Positions 8,975 through 18,704 of a DNA stretch of 64,000 bases are shown here, one piece after another. Source of the DNA: Bdellovibrionales bacterium (GTDB taxonomy: Bacteria; Bdellovibrionota; Bdellovibrionia; Bdellovibrionales; UBA1609); NCBI GenBank assembly GCA_965205945.1, contig CBDBIB010000001.1, positions 1 through 64,000 of the forward strand, given 5' to 3'. Both the position numbers and the translations under genes were made by a program. Positions within the stretch are counted from its first letter, which is position 1, and each line of letters starts with the position of its first letter. The notes beneath the pieces were generated by a model that was given only the letters and a program-made list of their open reading frames with translations, was not told the DNA's origin and made no database searches.

Positions 8975-10254
8975 TGCCTAAAAAACGACAAGCACAAAAA
9001 GCGATCCAAGTCTGCGCTCATTGGCACGGCATGAGTGATCCTGTCTTAATGGGAACGCTCTTCGCTGCACCCTCAAGAGGCAAAGAAATATTTTCTTTTG
9101 AGTATGATAAGGAGTGGCTACAATCCCCCTACGCACAATCACTTGATCCAGATTTAGGTTTATTCACTGGCCCGCAATATGCGCGTGATGGTCATGATAA
9201 CTTTGGTTTGTTTCTCGACTCCTCTCCTGATCGCTGGGGGCGTGTTTTAATGCAACGTCGTGAAGCTCAACAAGCACAAGCTGAAGAACGTGATGTGCGT
9301 TCATTATTTGAATCTGATTATTTACTGGGTGTTTATGATGCGCATCGTATGGGGGCATTGCGTTTTCGCATGTCCGAGGACGCTCCGTTCTTAGATGATC
9401 AGGCAAAATTTGCAGCACCTCCTTGGACAAAGTTGCGTGACCTTGAGTATGCAAGTCTTCAGTTGGAGCAAGACAATGCTGAAACAGAGAGTGATTATTT
9501 AAAATGGTTAAATATTTTGATTGCTCCGGGGGGATCACTTGGTGGGGCGCGTCCTAAGGCAAGCGTCCTTGATGAGGATGGACATCCATGGATTGCTAAG
9601 TTCCCGAGCCGCCGAGATGAGATCAACATTGGCAAATGGGAATACTTGGTTTACCAACTGGCGAAAGACGCTGGTATTGAGGTTGCTCAATCTGAAACAC
9701 GCAACTTCTCAGGAGAATACGACACGTTTTTAACTAAACGATTTGATCGCACAGATAGCGGTGAGCGACTTCAATTTTCTTCCGCAATGACACTGCTTGG
9801 TAAGAAAGATGGCGATGGTGGTGATACTGGGGTGAGCTATTTAGATTTAGCTGACTTTCTTGTTCGTCATGGCACGCAGGTTAATCAAGACCTAGAACAG
9901 CTATGGCGACGTATCCTTTTTTATGTTTGTGTTTCCAATACAGATGATCACCTGCGTAACCATGGTTTTATGTTGCAAGATAGTGGCTGGACGCTGTCTC
10001 CGGCTTACGATATGAATCCTGTTGCCTCAGGCGGGGGCTTATCTCTCAACATATCAAAGGACGATAACCGTCAAGACTTAGGCCTTGTATTAAGTGTGGC
10101 TCATTACTTCCGTTTGAGTGACGAGCGTGCAAATGAAATTGTTCAAGAGGTCTTATCAGTAATCAAACGCTGGCCAGAGCTGGCTAAGAAGCTATCTATC
10201 CCGTCACGTGAAGTTGGCTTGATGACGGAAAATTTTTGGATAGTTGGGACCTGA
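8974..10254 (+). CDS. hipA: HipA-family Ser/Thr kinase toxin (last residues and stop codon supplied by the IS end)
   Basis: DSSPDRWGR, GSLGGARPKASV, WIAKFP, KRFDR, NTDDHLRNHGF, LSPAYDMNP. Confidence 0.93.
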   Translation: MPKKRQAQKAIQVCAHWHGMSDPVLMGTLFAAPSRGKEIFSFEYDKEWLQSPYAQSLDPDLGLFTGPQYARDGHDNFGLFLDSSPDRWGRVLMQRREAQQAQAEERDVRSLFESDYLLGVYDAHRMGALRFRMSEDAPFLDDQAKFAAPPWTKLRDLEYASLQLEQDNAETESDYLKWLNILIAPGGSLGGARPKASVLDEDGHPWIAKFPSRRDEINIGKWEYLVYQLAKDAGIEVAQSETRNFSGEYDTFLTKRFDRTDSGERLQFSSAMTLLGKKDGDGGDTGVSYLDLADFLVRHGTQVNQDLEQLWRRILFYVCVSNTDDHLRNHGFMLQDSGWTLSPAYDMNPVASGGGLSLNISKDDNRQDLGLVLSVAHYFRLSDERANEIVQEVLSVIKRWPELAKKLSIPSREVGLMTENFWIVGT

Positions 10255-10271
10255 AGGGAAATTTAATTCAG

Positions 10272-11357
10272 TTAAACCACATTCTTCATAACAACTACTT
10301 TTTCACTTGGCAAACAATTTAAATACACCACATTCTCTCGCTCCCAATTCCTAATTCCTCTGCTACTCCAGCGCTCTGGCTTTAACCTTCTTGCTGCTTC
10401 ATAAACTTCCTTACGCTTTTCTAATATCTCTTTATCTTTTCCTAAATGGCGCTCTGATGGCGTCACAAACTTTATTCCACTGTGACGATGCTCTTCATTG
10501 TACCAATTAACAAAATTATCAACCCAGTCTCTTGCATCACCTATGCTTTTAAAAAACTCTGGATAATCCGGCACATACTTTAACGTCTTAAATAAACTTT
10601 CTGAATAGGCATTGTCATTACTTACACTCGGCCTACTAAATGAACTTGAAACTCCCAACCAATCAAGTGTTGCTAGCATCGTTGCTCCCTTCATTGAGCC
10701 GCCATTATCTGAATGTAATACTAGCTCATCTCTTTTTATTTTTTCTCTCTCACAAATCTCTTTAATTAACTCTGATGATAAATCCATACTTTCTCTAACG
10801 TGTACTTTATAACCTACAATCTTTCTACTAAACACATCCATAAACATATATAAATAATAAAACCGACCCCGCACCGAAGTTTTTAAATAAGTAATATCCC
10901 AAGAATAAACTTGATTCACTTCCGTTGCAGTCATTCCTTTTGGCTTTTGTTTAGTTTTTGGTTTTGTTCTTCCTCTATGAACTAAAAGTTTATTCTCTTT
11001 TAAAACTTTATAAAAACTTGATTCACTTGCTAAATAAACTCCATCATCTGCAAGTTTTGAAACTATCACATGAGGAGAGTCATCAACATACTTTTTTAAA
11101 GTACAGGTGTTAATGATCTCATCTTTTTCTTTATCACTTAATTTATTTTTTGGAGGCGATAAGGGTCCTTTTCTTTTATCAGTTAAAGAAAGTTTCCAGC
11201 GGTTGAAAGTTTTAATATCAATTTCTAAATCGCTGCAGGCAAGTTTAAGTCTACAGCCATTTTTAGAAGAGGTGTTAATTAATTCAAGACAAACTTCTTT
11301 GTCATCAGGACTTAATCTTCGTCCTCTTTGACCCCCCAGATCTCGTGGCTTTTTTTT
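10272..11357 (-). CDS. IS3-family transposase OrfB, copy 2
   Basis: Same translation as copy 1. Confidence 0.92.
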   Translation of the reverse strand, partial: KKKPRDLGGQRGRRLSPDDKEVCLELINTSSKNGCRLKLACSDLEIDIKTFNRWKLSLTDKRKGPLSPPKNKLSDKEKDEIINTCTLKKYVDDSPHVIVSKLADDGVYLASESSFYKVLKENKLLVHRGRTKPKTKQKPKGMTATEVNQVYSWDITYLKTSVRGRFYYLYMFMDVFSRKIVGYKVHVRESMDLSSELIKEICEREKIKRDELVLHSDNGGSMKGATMLATLDWLGVSSSFSRPSVSNDNAYSESLFKTLKYVPDYPEFFKSIGDARDWVDNFVNWYNEEHRHSGIKFVTPSERHLGKDKEILEKRKEVYEAARRLKPERWSSRGIRNWERENVVYLNCLPSEKVVVMKNVV

Positions 11358-11812
11358 AACAAGATGATTCTAGCAGACTGTTCAGCTAGAGCTTTTTCAG
11401 CTCGATTTAAAGATCTTTCTAAGTTTATTTTATCTTTCCTTAAAGTTTTAATTTCAGGATCAAGTGAAGGTCTTCCAACAGGATTTTGTCCAAGTAATTC
11501 TTTTTCAAAATTAATAAGGTCTGAAGAGTTAAGTCCATTTTCTCTAAGAAATTTTCCAAGTTCGTTTTCATTTAAAGATTGAGTTTTTTTAATAAAGTTA
11601 AGTTTGTCTTCAAGAGAGAGTTTTTTATTGCTGTTGCTGTGGGTCATAGAATTTAAATTAGCATATTTTTTCTTCCATCCATAGAGGGTTGAAGAGGCAA
11701 TGTTAAGTTTACTAGCGGTGTAAGTGAGTCCTTTTTTGTCAGCGAGTAATTTTTTCACAGCGTTGAGTTTAAAGTTTTCATTATAAGTTTTATTGAGGTT
11801 ATTGTTTTTCAT
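11312..11812 (-). CDS. IS3-family transposase OrfA, copy 2
   Basis: Same as copy 1 except IASSTL vs IASLTL. Confidence 0.9.
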   Translation of the reverse strand: MKNNNLNKTYNENFKLNAVKKLLADKKGLTYTASKLNIASSTLYGWKKKYANLNSMTHSNSNKKLSLEDKLNFIKKTQSLNENELGKFLRENGLNSSDLINFEKELLGQNPVGRPSLDPEIKTLRKDKINLERSLNRAEKALAEQSARIILLKKSHEIWGVKEDED

Positions 11813-11926
11813 ATGTTTTCCTTTTTAAGCCCCTGATATTGTTTAAATAAAGTGGATTTCAAAAGTTAAACTGAATTTTAAATAATTAATTTTTCTCTCA
11901 GGTCCCAACTATCCAAAAATCGGGGG

Positions 11927-12005
11927 ATTCCATCTGAAGCCGCCGCGTCCGCGCTTGCTTTGCGAGCTTTTTTTGTGCTTTTGCTGGTGTTATAAGTGAT
12001 ACCAT
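11927..12005 (-). pseudogene. N-terminus of an XRE-HTH regulator (HipB-like) truncated by IS copy 2
   Basis: MVSLITPAKAQKKLAKQARTRRLQME| breaks off at the IS end, just before the expected LTQxxLA helix. Confidence 0.65.
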
Positions 12006-12388
12006 TATATCTACAAACTCTGTTAAGTTCTTTATATTGATATTATAGTATCAATTAATAAAAAATTAAGTAAGGTATAGCTATAAGCATTTTTCACAAA
12101 ACATCCCAAATATAAATGTTTTGCATGGATTGTAAGTGTATTTTATAAAGCTATTCTTCTTATAATTCGCGCACGCTTTTCATGAAAATACCGATTTACG
12201 CAACGCTTTTCATGAGCTGCGCACAGTTTGCCTTGGTAATGACATTAATCGTGATAATTCCATTGTGATAATTAAAGGTGTCTTCTATAGTAATCTTCTT
12301 AATTTCATATTGAGTGGAAAAGAGAAGACTGAGTTTAATGGTGTTTATTGTTTCTAGAAGATTTTTAAATATACTTTAGCTAGAAAAA

Positions 12389-13114
12389 CTAGCACTTAAT
12401 TATATTGCCATAGAAACAAGGGCCACTTTTAACTTTTAATTCTCTATTAACAAGAACCACAACTGAAGATCCTAAGCCAAAGGTGCCTAAGTGATCACCA
12501 GCCTTAATTTTATCTCGGCCATTTTTAAAAAGGCCTTTAGACATTTCTAAGCTTCCAACATTAAGAGCCCCTATCATAACAGATGCAACTCTTCCATAGT
12601 CTAAAGAGTTGACTATGGAAATAGTTCTTACATTTTTAGAAAAAACCGAAGGACAGAGTTTTATAAACCAATTTGCTACAGGGTATAAAGAACCTTTTAT
12701 TTTAAAGCATTTTTCATAAATTCCTGAAACAGGATGATGAACTCTGTGATAATCCTTAGGACTTAGATAATAATTGAAAAAGTAGGCGTTTTTAAAATTA
12801 TTAGCTTCTTCTCCTAAAAGTTCATATAAAGGATAATTTTTTTTTTTCACTAAGAAGACTTGTTTTTTTTTAACTTTCCCAAAACTAATAAGTTTTCCAT
12901 CTACAGGATGAATAAAATCTTTTTCATCTAGAAATAAATCTCTATTTATTTCACGAGTAAACATATCATAAAGAGATTCAAATTTTTTTTTTCTTGCATT
13001 TAAAAAACTTATTTTAAAAAATTTAGAAAATAAAAAAATACAAGCTTGAGCAAAAAATTGAGGTTTTTTTATTTTTGAAAAAGCTCCAAAAAGATAGCTT
13101 AAAAAAAGTGTCAT
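12389..13114 (-). CDS. psd: Phosphatidylserine decarboxylase proenzyme
   Basis: HPVDG, YLSPKDYHRVHHPV, IGALNVGS, FGLGSSVV self-cleavage motif. Confidence 0.93.
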   Translation of the reverse strand: MTLFLSYLFGAFSKIKKPQFFAQACIFLFSKFFKISFLNARKKKFESLYDMFTREINRDLFLDEKDFIHPVDGKLISFGKVKKKQVFLVKKKNYPLYELLGEEANNFKNAYFFNYYLSPKDYHRVHHPVSGIYEKCFKIKGSLYPVANWFIKLCPSVFSKNVRTISIVNSLDYGRVASVMIGALNVGSLEMSKGLFKNGRDKIKAGDHLGTFGLGSSVVVLVNRELKVKSGPCFYGNIIKC

Positions 13115-13117
13115 TTT

Positions 13118-14260
13118 TTAAATATCCGTTTCAGAAAAAGGCTCTTTAAAACTGGTTTTAAGTTTAACCTCTTCCTCCTTTGTTTCTTCATTATTTATAG
13201 GAAGAGTTTTATTATCTTTAGATAAGGGTGAAAGTTTTTTTGAAACAGAATCTTTTTTAGTTACTTCATTTTTAGGTTCACTCTTTGTTAAAGTTTTTAT
13301 TTTTTCATCAAATTTTATAAGCCAGTTTTTATCTTTAGAAGATATTTCACCACCAGTCATTAAAACTTCTCTAAGGTTGTTAGCTTTTTGTGTTTGTTTT
13401 TCTTGCTCAAAAAATTCTGTTTTAGTAGAAATTTTAGAAAGCTGTTCATGAATTTGCATAAACTCTTTTTCACTAGCCGAATAGGATCCATCATAAGGTT
13501 CTTTTAATTTTTCAGTTAAATTAGAAAGTGTCTCTTTTTCTTCACTATTTTCACTGTCAATTCCATTAGGGAATAGAGTTTCAATTTCAGATAAACTTGG
13601 GAGTTCTTTAATATTTTTTAAACCAAAAATTTCTAAAAATTTAGACGTTGTTTTATATAACATTGGTTTTCCAGGAAGGTCACTTTTGCCAGCAAATGCT
13701 AATAAACTTTTATCCATTAAAGTTCTTATTAAGTGACTAGAGTCTACCCCTCTAATTTCATCAACTTGAAATTTAGAACATGGTTGTGTATAAGCAACTA
13801 TTGCAAGAGTTTCTAAAGATGGACTAGTGAGTCGAAAGCTTCTAGCTTTAATAGTATTTTGTAAAAATTTTTTTAAATCTTTTATTGTGCGAAGTTGATA
13901 ACCACCATCAATAAAATAAAGCCTAAAACTCCTTTTTGTTTCTCTAAGATTTTTCTCTAAAACCTCTAAAGCCTCTTTAACATGAGCTTTTTGTATGCTT
14001 CCTTCCTCTCCAAAAGCAGCTAGTAAAGTAGAAATTTTTACTGATTTATCTGAAATAAATAAAACAGCTTCAATTACTTGTACTCGCAGTTCTAAACTAA
14101 AAGAACATTTAATATTGTCTTTAAGATCAGAAAAATTTAATTTTGAAGCTTGAGAAAAATTAACAAGGTCATCTTTTAAATTAATCTTTATATCTTTTGT
14201 ATGGTTAAGTTTATGATTTTTTTTAGATATTTTAAGTTCTTTAATTTTTTCATTACTCAC
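13118..14260 (-). CDS. scpB: SMC-Scp complex subunit ScpB
   Basis: IEAVLFIS, GGYQLRT, LETLAIVAYTQP, EIRGVDS, PGKPMLYKTTSKFLEIFGL. Confidence 0.95.
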   Translation of the reverse strand: MSNEKIKELKISKKNHKLNHTKDIKINLKDDLVNFSQASKLNFSDLKDNIKCSFSLELRVQVIEAVLFISDKSVKISTLLAAFGEEGSIQKAHVKEALEVLEKNLRETKRSFRLYFIDGGYQLRTIKDLKKFLQNTIKARSFRLTSPSLETLAIVAYTQPCSKFQVDEIRGVDSSHLIRTLMDKSLLAFAGKSDLPGKPMLYKTTSKFLEIFGLKNIKELPSLSEIETLFPNGIDSENSEEKETLSNLTEKLKEPYDGSYSASEKEFMQIHEQLSKISTKTEFFEQEKQTQKANNLREVLMTGGEISSKDKNWLIKFDEKIKTLTKSEPKNEVTKKDSVSKKLSPLSKDNKTLPINNEETKEEEVKLKTSFKEPFSETDI

Positions 14261-15183
14261 TATAAACCCCTATTTAATGAAAGTGATAATTTTGTTTCAC
14301 CGTTGTCAATACCATCATCCGTAGTGTTTTTAACTTCATGGTCAGTAAAAATTTCTTTTGTATCAAATTTAATTTTATTATTTAAAAATAGTGTTGAGTT
14401 TAAATCTGCATAGTCTTTTTTCTGAAACCAAGTTTTTTCCAGGTTTTTAGGTAATTTTTTTTTCATATTAATATGAATATCTGCATAATTTTGACTTTGA
14501 AAAAGGCTTGTATAACCTATTTTAGAAAGTTCTAATATAGATAAAAATGTAATGAGAAGTCTAGATTTCTCATTGTCTGTGAAATCAGAGGGTATAACCC
14601 AGAGTTCTTTTAAAGATGTTTTAGATTTTTTTATAAGAATATTCTTAATTTCTAAAATTCTTGAAGAAATTGATTGAATTTTTATACTAACTTTATGAAC
14701 AATCTTGTTTGCTTTATTTAAAGCTTTTTTATAATGAAGGATTAAAGCATAGACGGGGTTATCATTAATCTTTATAATATCATCAGGTCTTTTAAGGGCT
14801 GTTTCTTTAAAAGCTTTAGTCCAAATATCTCTACCTAAAAGTGGCCGCTCATAAATTTGCTTAGAGATTTCTTGATATTTTTGATATTCTAAAAGCTTAC
14901 CTATAAGCTCCTTACGTGGATCATCTATTTCTTCTTCCTCTTCTAAAAGTTTTAAAGGCATTAGCATCCTAGATTTAATTTGAATAAGAGTTGCTGCCAT
15001 TGTAATAAAGTTTCCAGCTCCTTCAAGATCTAATGTTTTCATAGTTTTAACATAAGCAAGGTATTGGTCTGTTATTTGAACAATATTTATGTCAAATATG
15101 TCCATCTCTTCTTTTTTTATAAGAAAGAGCAATAGCCCTAAAGGCCCTTCAAATTGATTAAGTGAAACTTTTACTTCTGCCAT
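14260..15183 (-). CDS. scpA: Segregation and condensation protein ScpA
   Basis: FEGPLGLLLFLI, ITDQYL, MAATLIQIKSRMLMP, TFLSILEL. Confidence 0.95.
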   Translation of the reverse strand: MAEVKVSLNQFEGPLGLLLFLIKKEEMDIFDINIVQITDQYLAYVKTMKTLDLEGAGNFITMAATLIQIKSRMLMPLKLLEEEEEIDDPRKELIGKLLEYQKYQEISKQIYERPLLGRDIWTKAFKETALKRPDDIIKINDNPVYALILHYKKALNKANKIVHKVSIKIQSISSRILEIKNILIKKSKTSLKELWVIPSDFTDNEKSRLLITFLSILELSKIGYTSLFQSQNYADIHINMKKKLPKNLEKTWFQKKDYADLNSTLFLNNKIKFDTKEIFTDHEVKNTTDDGIDNGETKLSLSLNRGL

Positions 15184-15257
15184 TTATCCACCGTTTATTA
15201 AACAAACCCTGTTGAGTCTTAAGTCTATATTGAATCAAGCCTTTTGGTTTAAATCAA

Positions 15258-15935
15258 TCATGAAGGCATAAAAAGAAAACCTATAGTAGCTGCTAGTATA
15301 TTATACAAAATTTTAATTGGAAGGGCTACAAAGCTTTGCCCTGAGCTTAAAGAATCTAAGATAATAAATCCGAAAAGAACCATTGAAATAATTTGAGAGT
15401 TTTGTTCAAGCCAAATATTAGTTTTGATAGGTAAAAATCGAGCTAATATTTTTCCTCCGTCTAAGGGGTGTACAGGAATCATGTTAAAAACTGCTAAAAA
15501 AAGATTCAAATATACAAACATTCGAAGCAGTTGAAGTATTAAATCGCTTAAGTTATGAGATAATCCAAGTTTAAGCCTTATGTTTATTAAAATTAATCCT
15601 ATAATGGCTAAAATAAAATTAGATGCTGGTCCAGCTAAGGCAATCCAAAACATATCTTTTTTAGGATTTTTTAGGTTTTGAATGGAAACAGGAACAGGCT
15701 TAGCCCAACCAAAAAATAAAGGAGAACCGCCTACAATTGCAAATAGTGGAAATATAACTGTCCCCATTAAATCCATATGTACTAAAGGGTTCATAGATAA
15801 ACGACCTAAATCCTTAGCTGTAGAATCACCTAACCTATTTGCTACCCAACTATGGGCAAATTCATGAAAGCAAAGGGCAAACAAAAAGGGTACATAAAAT
15901 AGTGCAATTTGACCCATAATTTGATTAAAATCCAT
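15258..15935 (-). CDS. Site-2 protease (M50 family)
   Basis: HEFAH, GRLSMNPLVH, FGWAKPVPV, ALAGPASN, FNMIPVHPLDGG. Confidence 0.93.
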   Translation of the reverse strand: MDFNQIMGQIALFYVPFLFALCFHEFAHSWVANRLGDSTAKDLGRLSMNPLVHMDLMGTVIFPLFAIVGGSPLFFGWAKPVPVSIQNLKNPKKDMFWIALAGPASNFILAIIGLILINIRLKLGLSHNLSDLILQLLRMFVYLNLFLAVFNMIPVHPLDGGKILARFLPIKTNIWLEQNSQIISMVLFGFIILDSLSSGQSFVALPIKILYNILAATIGFLFMPS

Positions 15936-16035
15936 ATTCCCACCTACGTATTTATGATTTTTAGTCTTTAATTTTTACTCGCCATAATTCTTTTAATAAG
16001 ATATGACATGTTTTTTATATAAAAGGGAGGCTTTT

Positions 16036-17187
16036 ATGTCTATAGTTCAACCATTAACTCAACTTACAGAGGAAGAACAAGACTTTAAAAATACTATTAA
16101 AAAATTTGCTGAAGGTGAGGTCAGACCACTTGTGCAAGAAATGGATAAAAAGGCTCAAATAAACAAAGATCTAATAAAAAAGTTTTTTAAAATGGGTATT
16201 ATGGGTGTTGAAATCCCTGAAAACTATGGCGGTACAGGCGCCTCATTTATGACAGCTTGCTTAATAGTTGAAGAGCTTGGCAAAGTAGATGGTTCTGTGA
16301 GTGTTTTAGTTGATGTTCAAAACACGCTTGTTATTAATGCGTTTTTAAAATGGGGTAATAAAGCCATTAAAGAACGTTATCTTTTTAAGTTAGCAACTGA
16401 ATGGGTTGGAGCTTATGCTTTAAGTGAGTCTACTAGCGGATCTGATGCTTTTGCGTTAAAGCTTAAAGCTGAAGACAAAGGTGACAAATATATTTTAAAC
16501 GGTAGTAAGCTTTGGATTACAAATGCAAATGAAGCTGATGTTTTTATTTGTTTTGCGAATTTAGATTTTAATAAAGGTTATAAAGGTATTACAGCCTTTA
16601 TAGTTGAAAAATCTTTTTCTGGCTTTAAAGTAGGTAAAAAAGAAGATAAATTAGGAATTCGAGCAAGTTCTACTTGTGAGCTTCTTTTTGAAAACTGTGA
16701 AGTTCCTAAAGAGAATATCCTAGGTGACATTGGAAAGGGTTATAAAGTAGCGGTTCAAACTTTAAACGAAGGTCGTATTGGTATTGGTGCTCAAATGCTT
16801 GGTATTTCCCAAGGAGCATATGATGCTACTGTTGAATATGTTAAAGGTCGTGAACAGTTTGATAGATTAATTTCGTCATTTCAAGGAGTTCAATTTCAAT
16901 TAGCTGAGATGAGAACTATGTTAGAGGCTTCTCGTTTATTGGTTTATAATGCGGCAAGGCTAAAAGAAGCGGGAAAAGATTTTATAAAAGAAGCTGCCAT
17001 AGCAAAACTGTACTCATCTCGTTCAGCTGAAAAAATTACTTCAATGGCTATTGATTTGTTTGGCGGTAATGGTTTTACTTCTGAATACCCTGCAGAAAAA
17101 TTTTTTAGAGATGCTAAAATTGGCCAGATTTATGAAGGAACTTCTAACATGCAACTTCAAACGATTGCAAAAACGGAGCTTTTATAA
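16036..17187 (+). CDS. Acyl-CoA dehydrogenase (short/branched-chain type)
   Basis: YALSESTSGSDA, GSKLWITN, KLGIRASST, GRIGIGAQ, RDAKIGQIYEGTSNMQ; GGGAGG RBS before ATG 16036. Confidence 0.93.
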   Translation: MSIVQPLTQLTEEEQDFKNTIKKFAEGEVRPLVQEMDKKAQINKDLIKKFFKMGIMGVEIPENYGGTGASFMTACLIVEELGKVDGSVSVLVDVQNTLVINAFLKWGNKAIKERYLFKLATEWVGAYALSESTSGSDAFALKLKAEDKGDKYILNGSKLWITNANEADVFICFANLDFNKGYKGITAFIVEKSFSGFKVGKKEDKLGIRASSTCELLFENCEVPKENILGDIGKGYKVAVQTLNEGRIGIGAQMLGISQGAYDATVEYVKGREQFDRLISSFQGVQFQLAEMRTMLEASRLLVYNAARLKEAGKDFIKEAAIAKLYSSRSAEKITSMAIDLFGGNGFTSEYPAEKFFRDAKIGQIYEGTSNMQLQTIAKTELL

Positions 17188-17264
17188 AAATTTAAGGCGA
17201 TGACTATGTAAGCAACGTGTATTAAAAAATTTAAATTGATATAAATAGTATTTTAAAATGATCA

Positions 17265-18704
17265 TTACAATTTAAGATTGTTAATAAAATCTGTATGTAT
17301 ATCCTCAAACTCACCATTAGACATAAAAAGAACCACATCTTCACCTTTAAGTTTAGATTTAATTAGTTCTGGTATAGATTTAATGGAATCTGGACAAATC
17401 GCATCTTTTGAGAGTTTTCTTAGATCATTACAAAGTTTTTCTGAAGAAAAATTATCCTTTTCTGATTTTTTTATAACAGGTGCAACTATAGATACGTCTG
17501 CAGCCTTAAAGCTGTTTACATATTTTTTTTGAAATACATTTTTTCTGGAAGTGGCCGACTTTGGTTCAAATATTGCTATAAGATTTTTTTTAGGATACTT
17601 TTTTTTAAAAGATTCTAATGTTAGGCTAACAGCACTGGGGTGATGAGCGAAATCTTGAAAAACTACTAGGTTTTTATTTTCAAATATTTTTTGTTGCCTT
17701 TTTACAACACCTTTAAAAGTTTTAGCGGACTCCATAACTTTTTCTAAATCACAATTTTTAAAATTTAAAAATGTCATAATAGATAAAAAATTTAAAGAGT
17801 TATAGGTACCAAACCAAGCTCCTAAAAATTTATATTTCTTAGCTCCAATTCTAAATACAACTTGAGTTCCTTCATCAGTAATTTTTTCTTCTAGTACTTG
17901 TGAGTGACAGTCATTAGATAAGCCATAAGAAAGCTTGCAGTAATTTTTAGGTGGTTTATTTAAAATTTGTTTTATATTCTTATCATCTCCATTATAGATT
18001 AAAACTCCATCTTCTGGAATCTTTTTAAGAAGAATTTTAAAGGCGTTAAGAACTTGAGAAAGGTTGTCATAAATATCCACATGATCAAACTCTATACCTG
18101 TTAAAATAGTATTTTTAGGAAAATAATGAGAAAACTTTGGAACTTTATCAAAAAAAGCAGTATCGTACTCATCACCTTCAATGGCAAACCAATGAGATTC
18201 TCTTGCTGAAAATGAATATTTAAAATTAGCAGGAACTCCGCCTATTAAATATCCAGGGTGTTCTCCTAAAGTTTCTAAAGCCCAAGTTATCATAGAAGTT
18301 GTTGTTGTTTTTCCATGAGTTCCACAACAAACAATGGTTTCCCTATCTTTTAAAAACAGCTCTCCTAAAGTTTTAGGAAGTGATGAAAATAGAATATTTG
18401 ATTTTAATAATGCTTGGACCTCTTCTATATTTGAACTCATAACATTGCCAACAATTACAAAATCAGGTTTTGGGGTTAGATTTTCCTTAACAAAACCTTT
18501 CATAATAGGAATCTTTAAAGCTTCTAACTGTCTAGACATTGGAGGGTAGACATTTTGATCACTACCTGTAACCTTATATCCCATAGCTTGAAGAATTCCA
18601 GCAAGGCTTCCCATGGCTGTGCCACAAATCCCCATTAAATGTATATGAGATCCTTTTTTTAAGCTTTTAATACAAGCTTGATTTTTATTTATCATTTTGT
18701 TCAC
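17265..18704 (-). CDS. mpl: Murein peptide ligase (Mpl/MurC family)
   Basis: HLMGICGTAMGSLA, GSDQNVYPPMS, GTHGKTTT, EGDEYDTAFFDK, DFAHHP. Confidence 0.92.
   Translation of the reverse strand: MNKMINKNQACIKSLKKGSHIHLMGICGTAMGSLAGILQAMGYKVTGSDQNVYPPMSRQLEALKIPIMKGFVKENLTPKPDFVIVGNVMSSNIEEVQALLKSNILFSSLPKTLGELFLKDRETIVCCGTHGKTTTTSMITWALETLGEHPGYLIGGVPANFKYSFSARESHWFAIEGDEYDTAFFDKVPKFSHYFPKNTILTGIEFDHVDIYDNLSQVLNAFKILLKKIPEDGVLIYNGDDKNIKQILNKPPKNYCKLSYGLSNDCHSQVLEEKITDEGTQVVFRIGAKKYKFLGAWFGTYNSLNFLSIMTFLNFKNCDLEKVMESAKTFKGVVKRQQKIFENKNLVVFQDFAHHPSAVSLTLESFKKKYPKKNLIAIFEPKSATSRKNVFQKKYVNSFKAADVSIVAPVIKKSEKDNFSSEKLCNDLRKLSKDAICPDSIKSIPELIKSKLKGEDVVLFMSNGEFEDIHTDFINNLKL

Larger units (their letters stand above)
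10232..11926 (-). mobile_element. IS3-family insertion sequence, copy 2 (left IR lacks its terminal CCCCCG)
   Basis: Matches copy 1 at an offset of 3500 nt; only difference seen is 8191 A vs 11691 G; identity begins at 10232. Confidence 0.93.

Noticed and set aside
8632..9733. ORFs 8632-9027, 9164-9538 and 9521-9733
   Set aside because: Shadow or out-of-frame ORFs within hipBA
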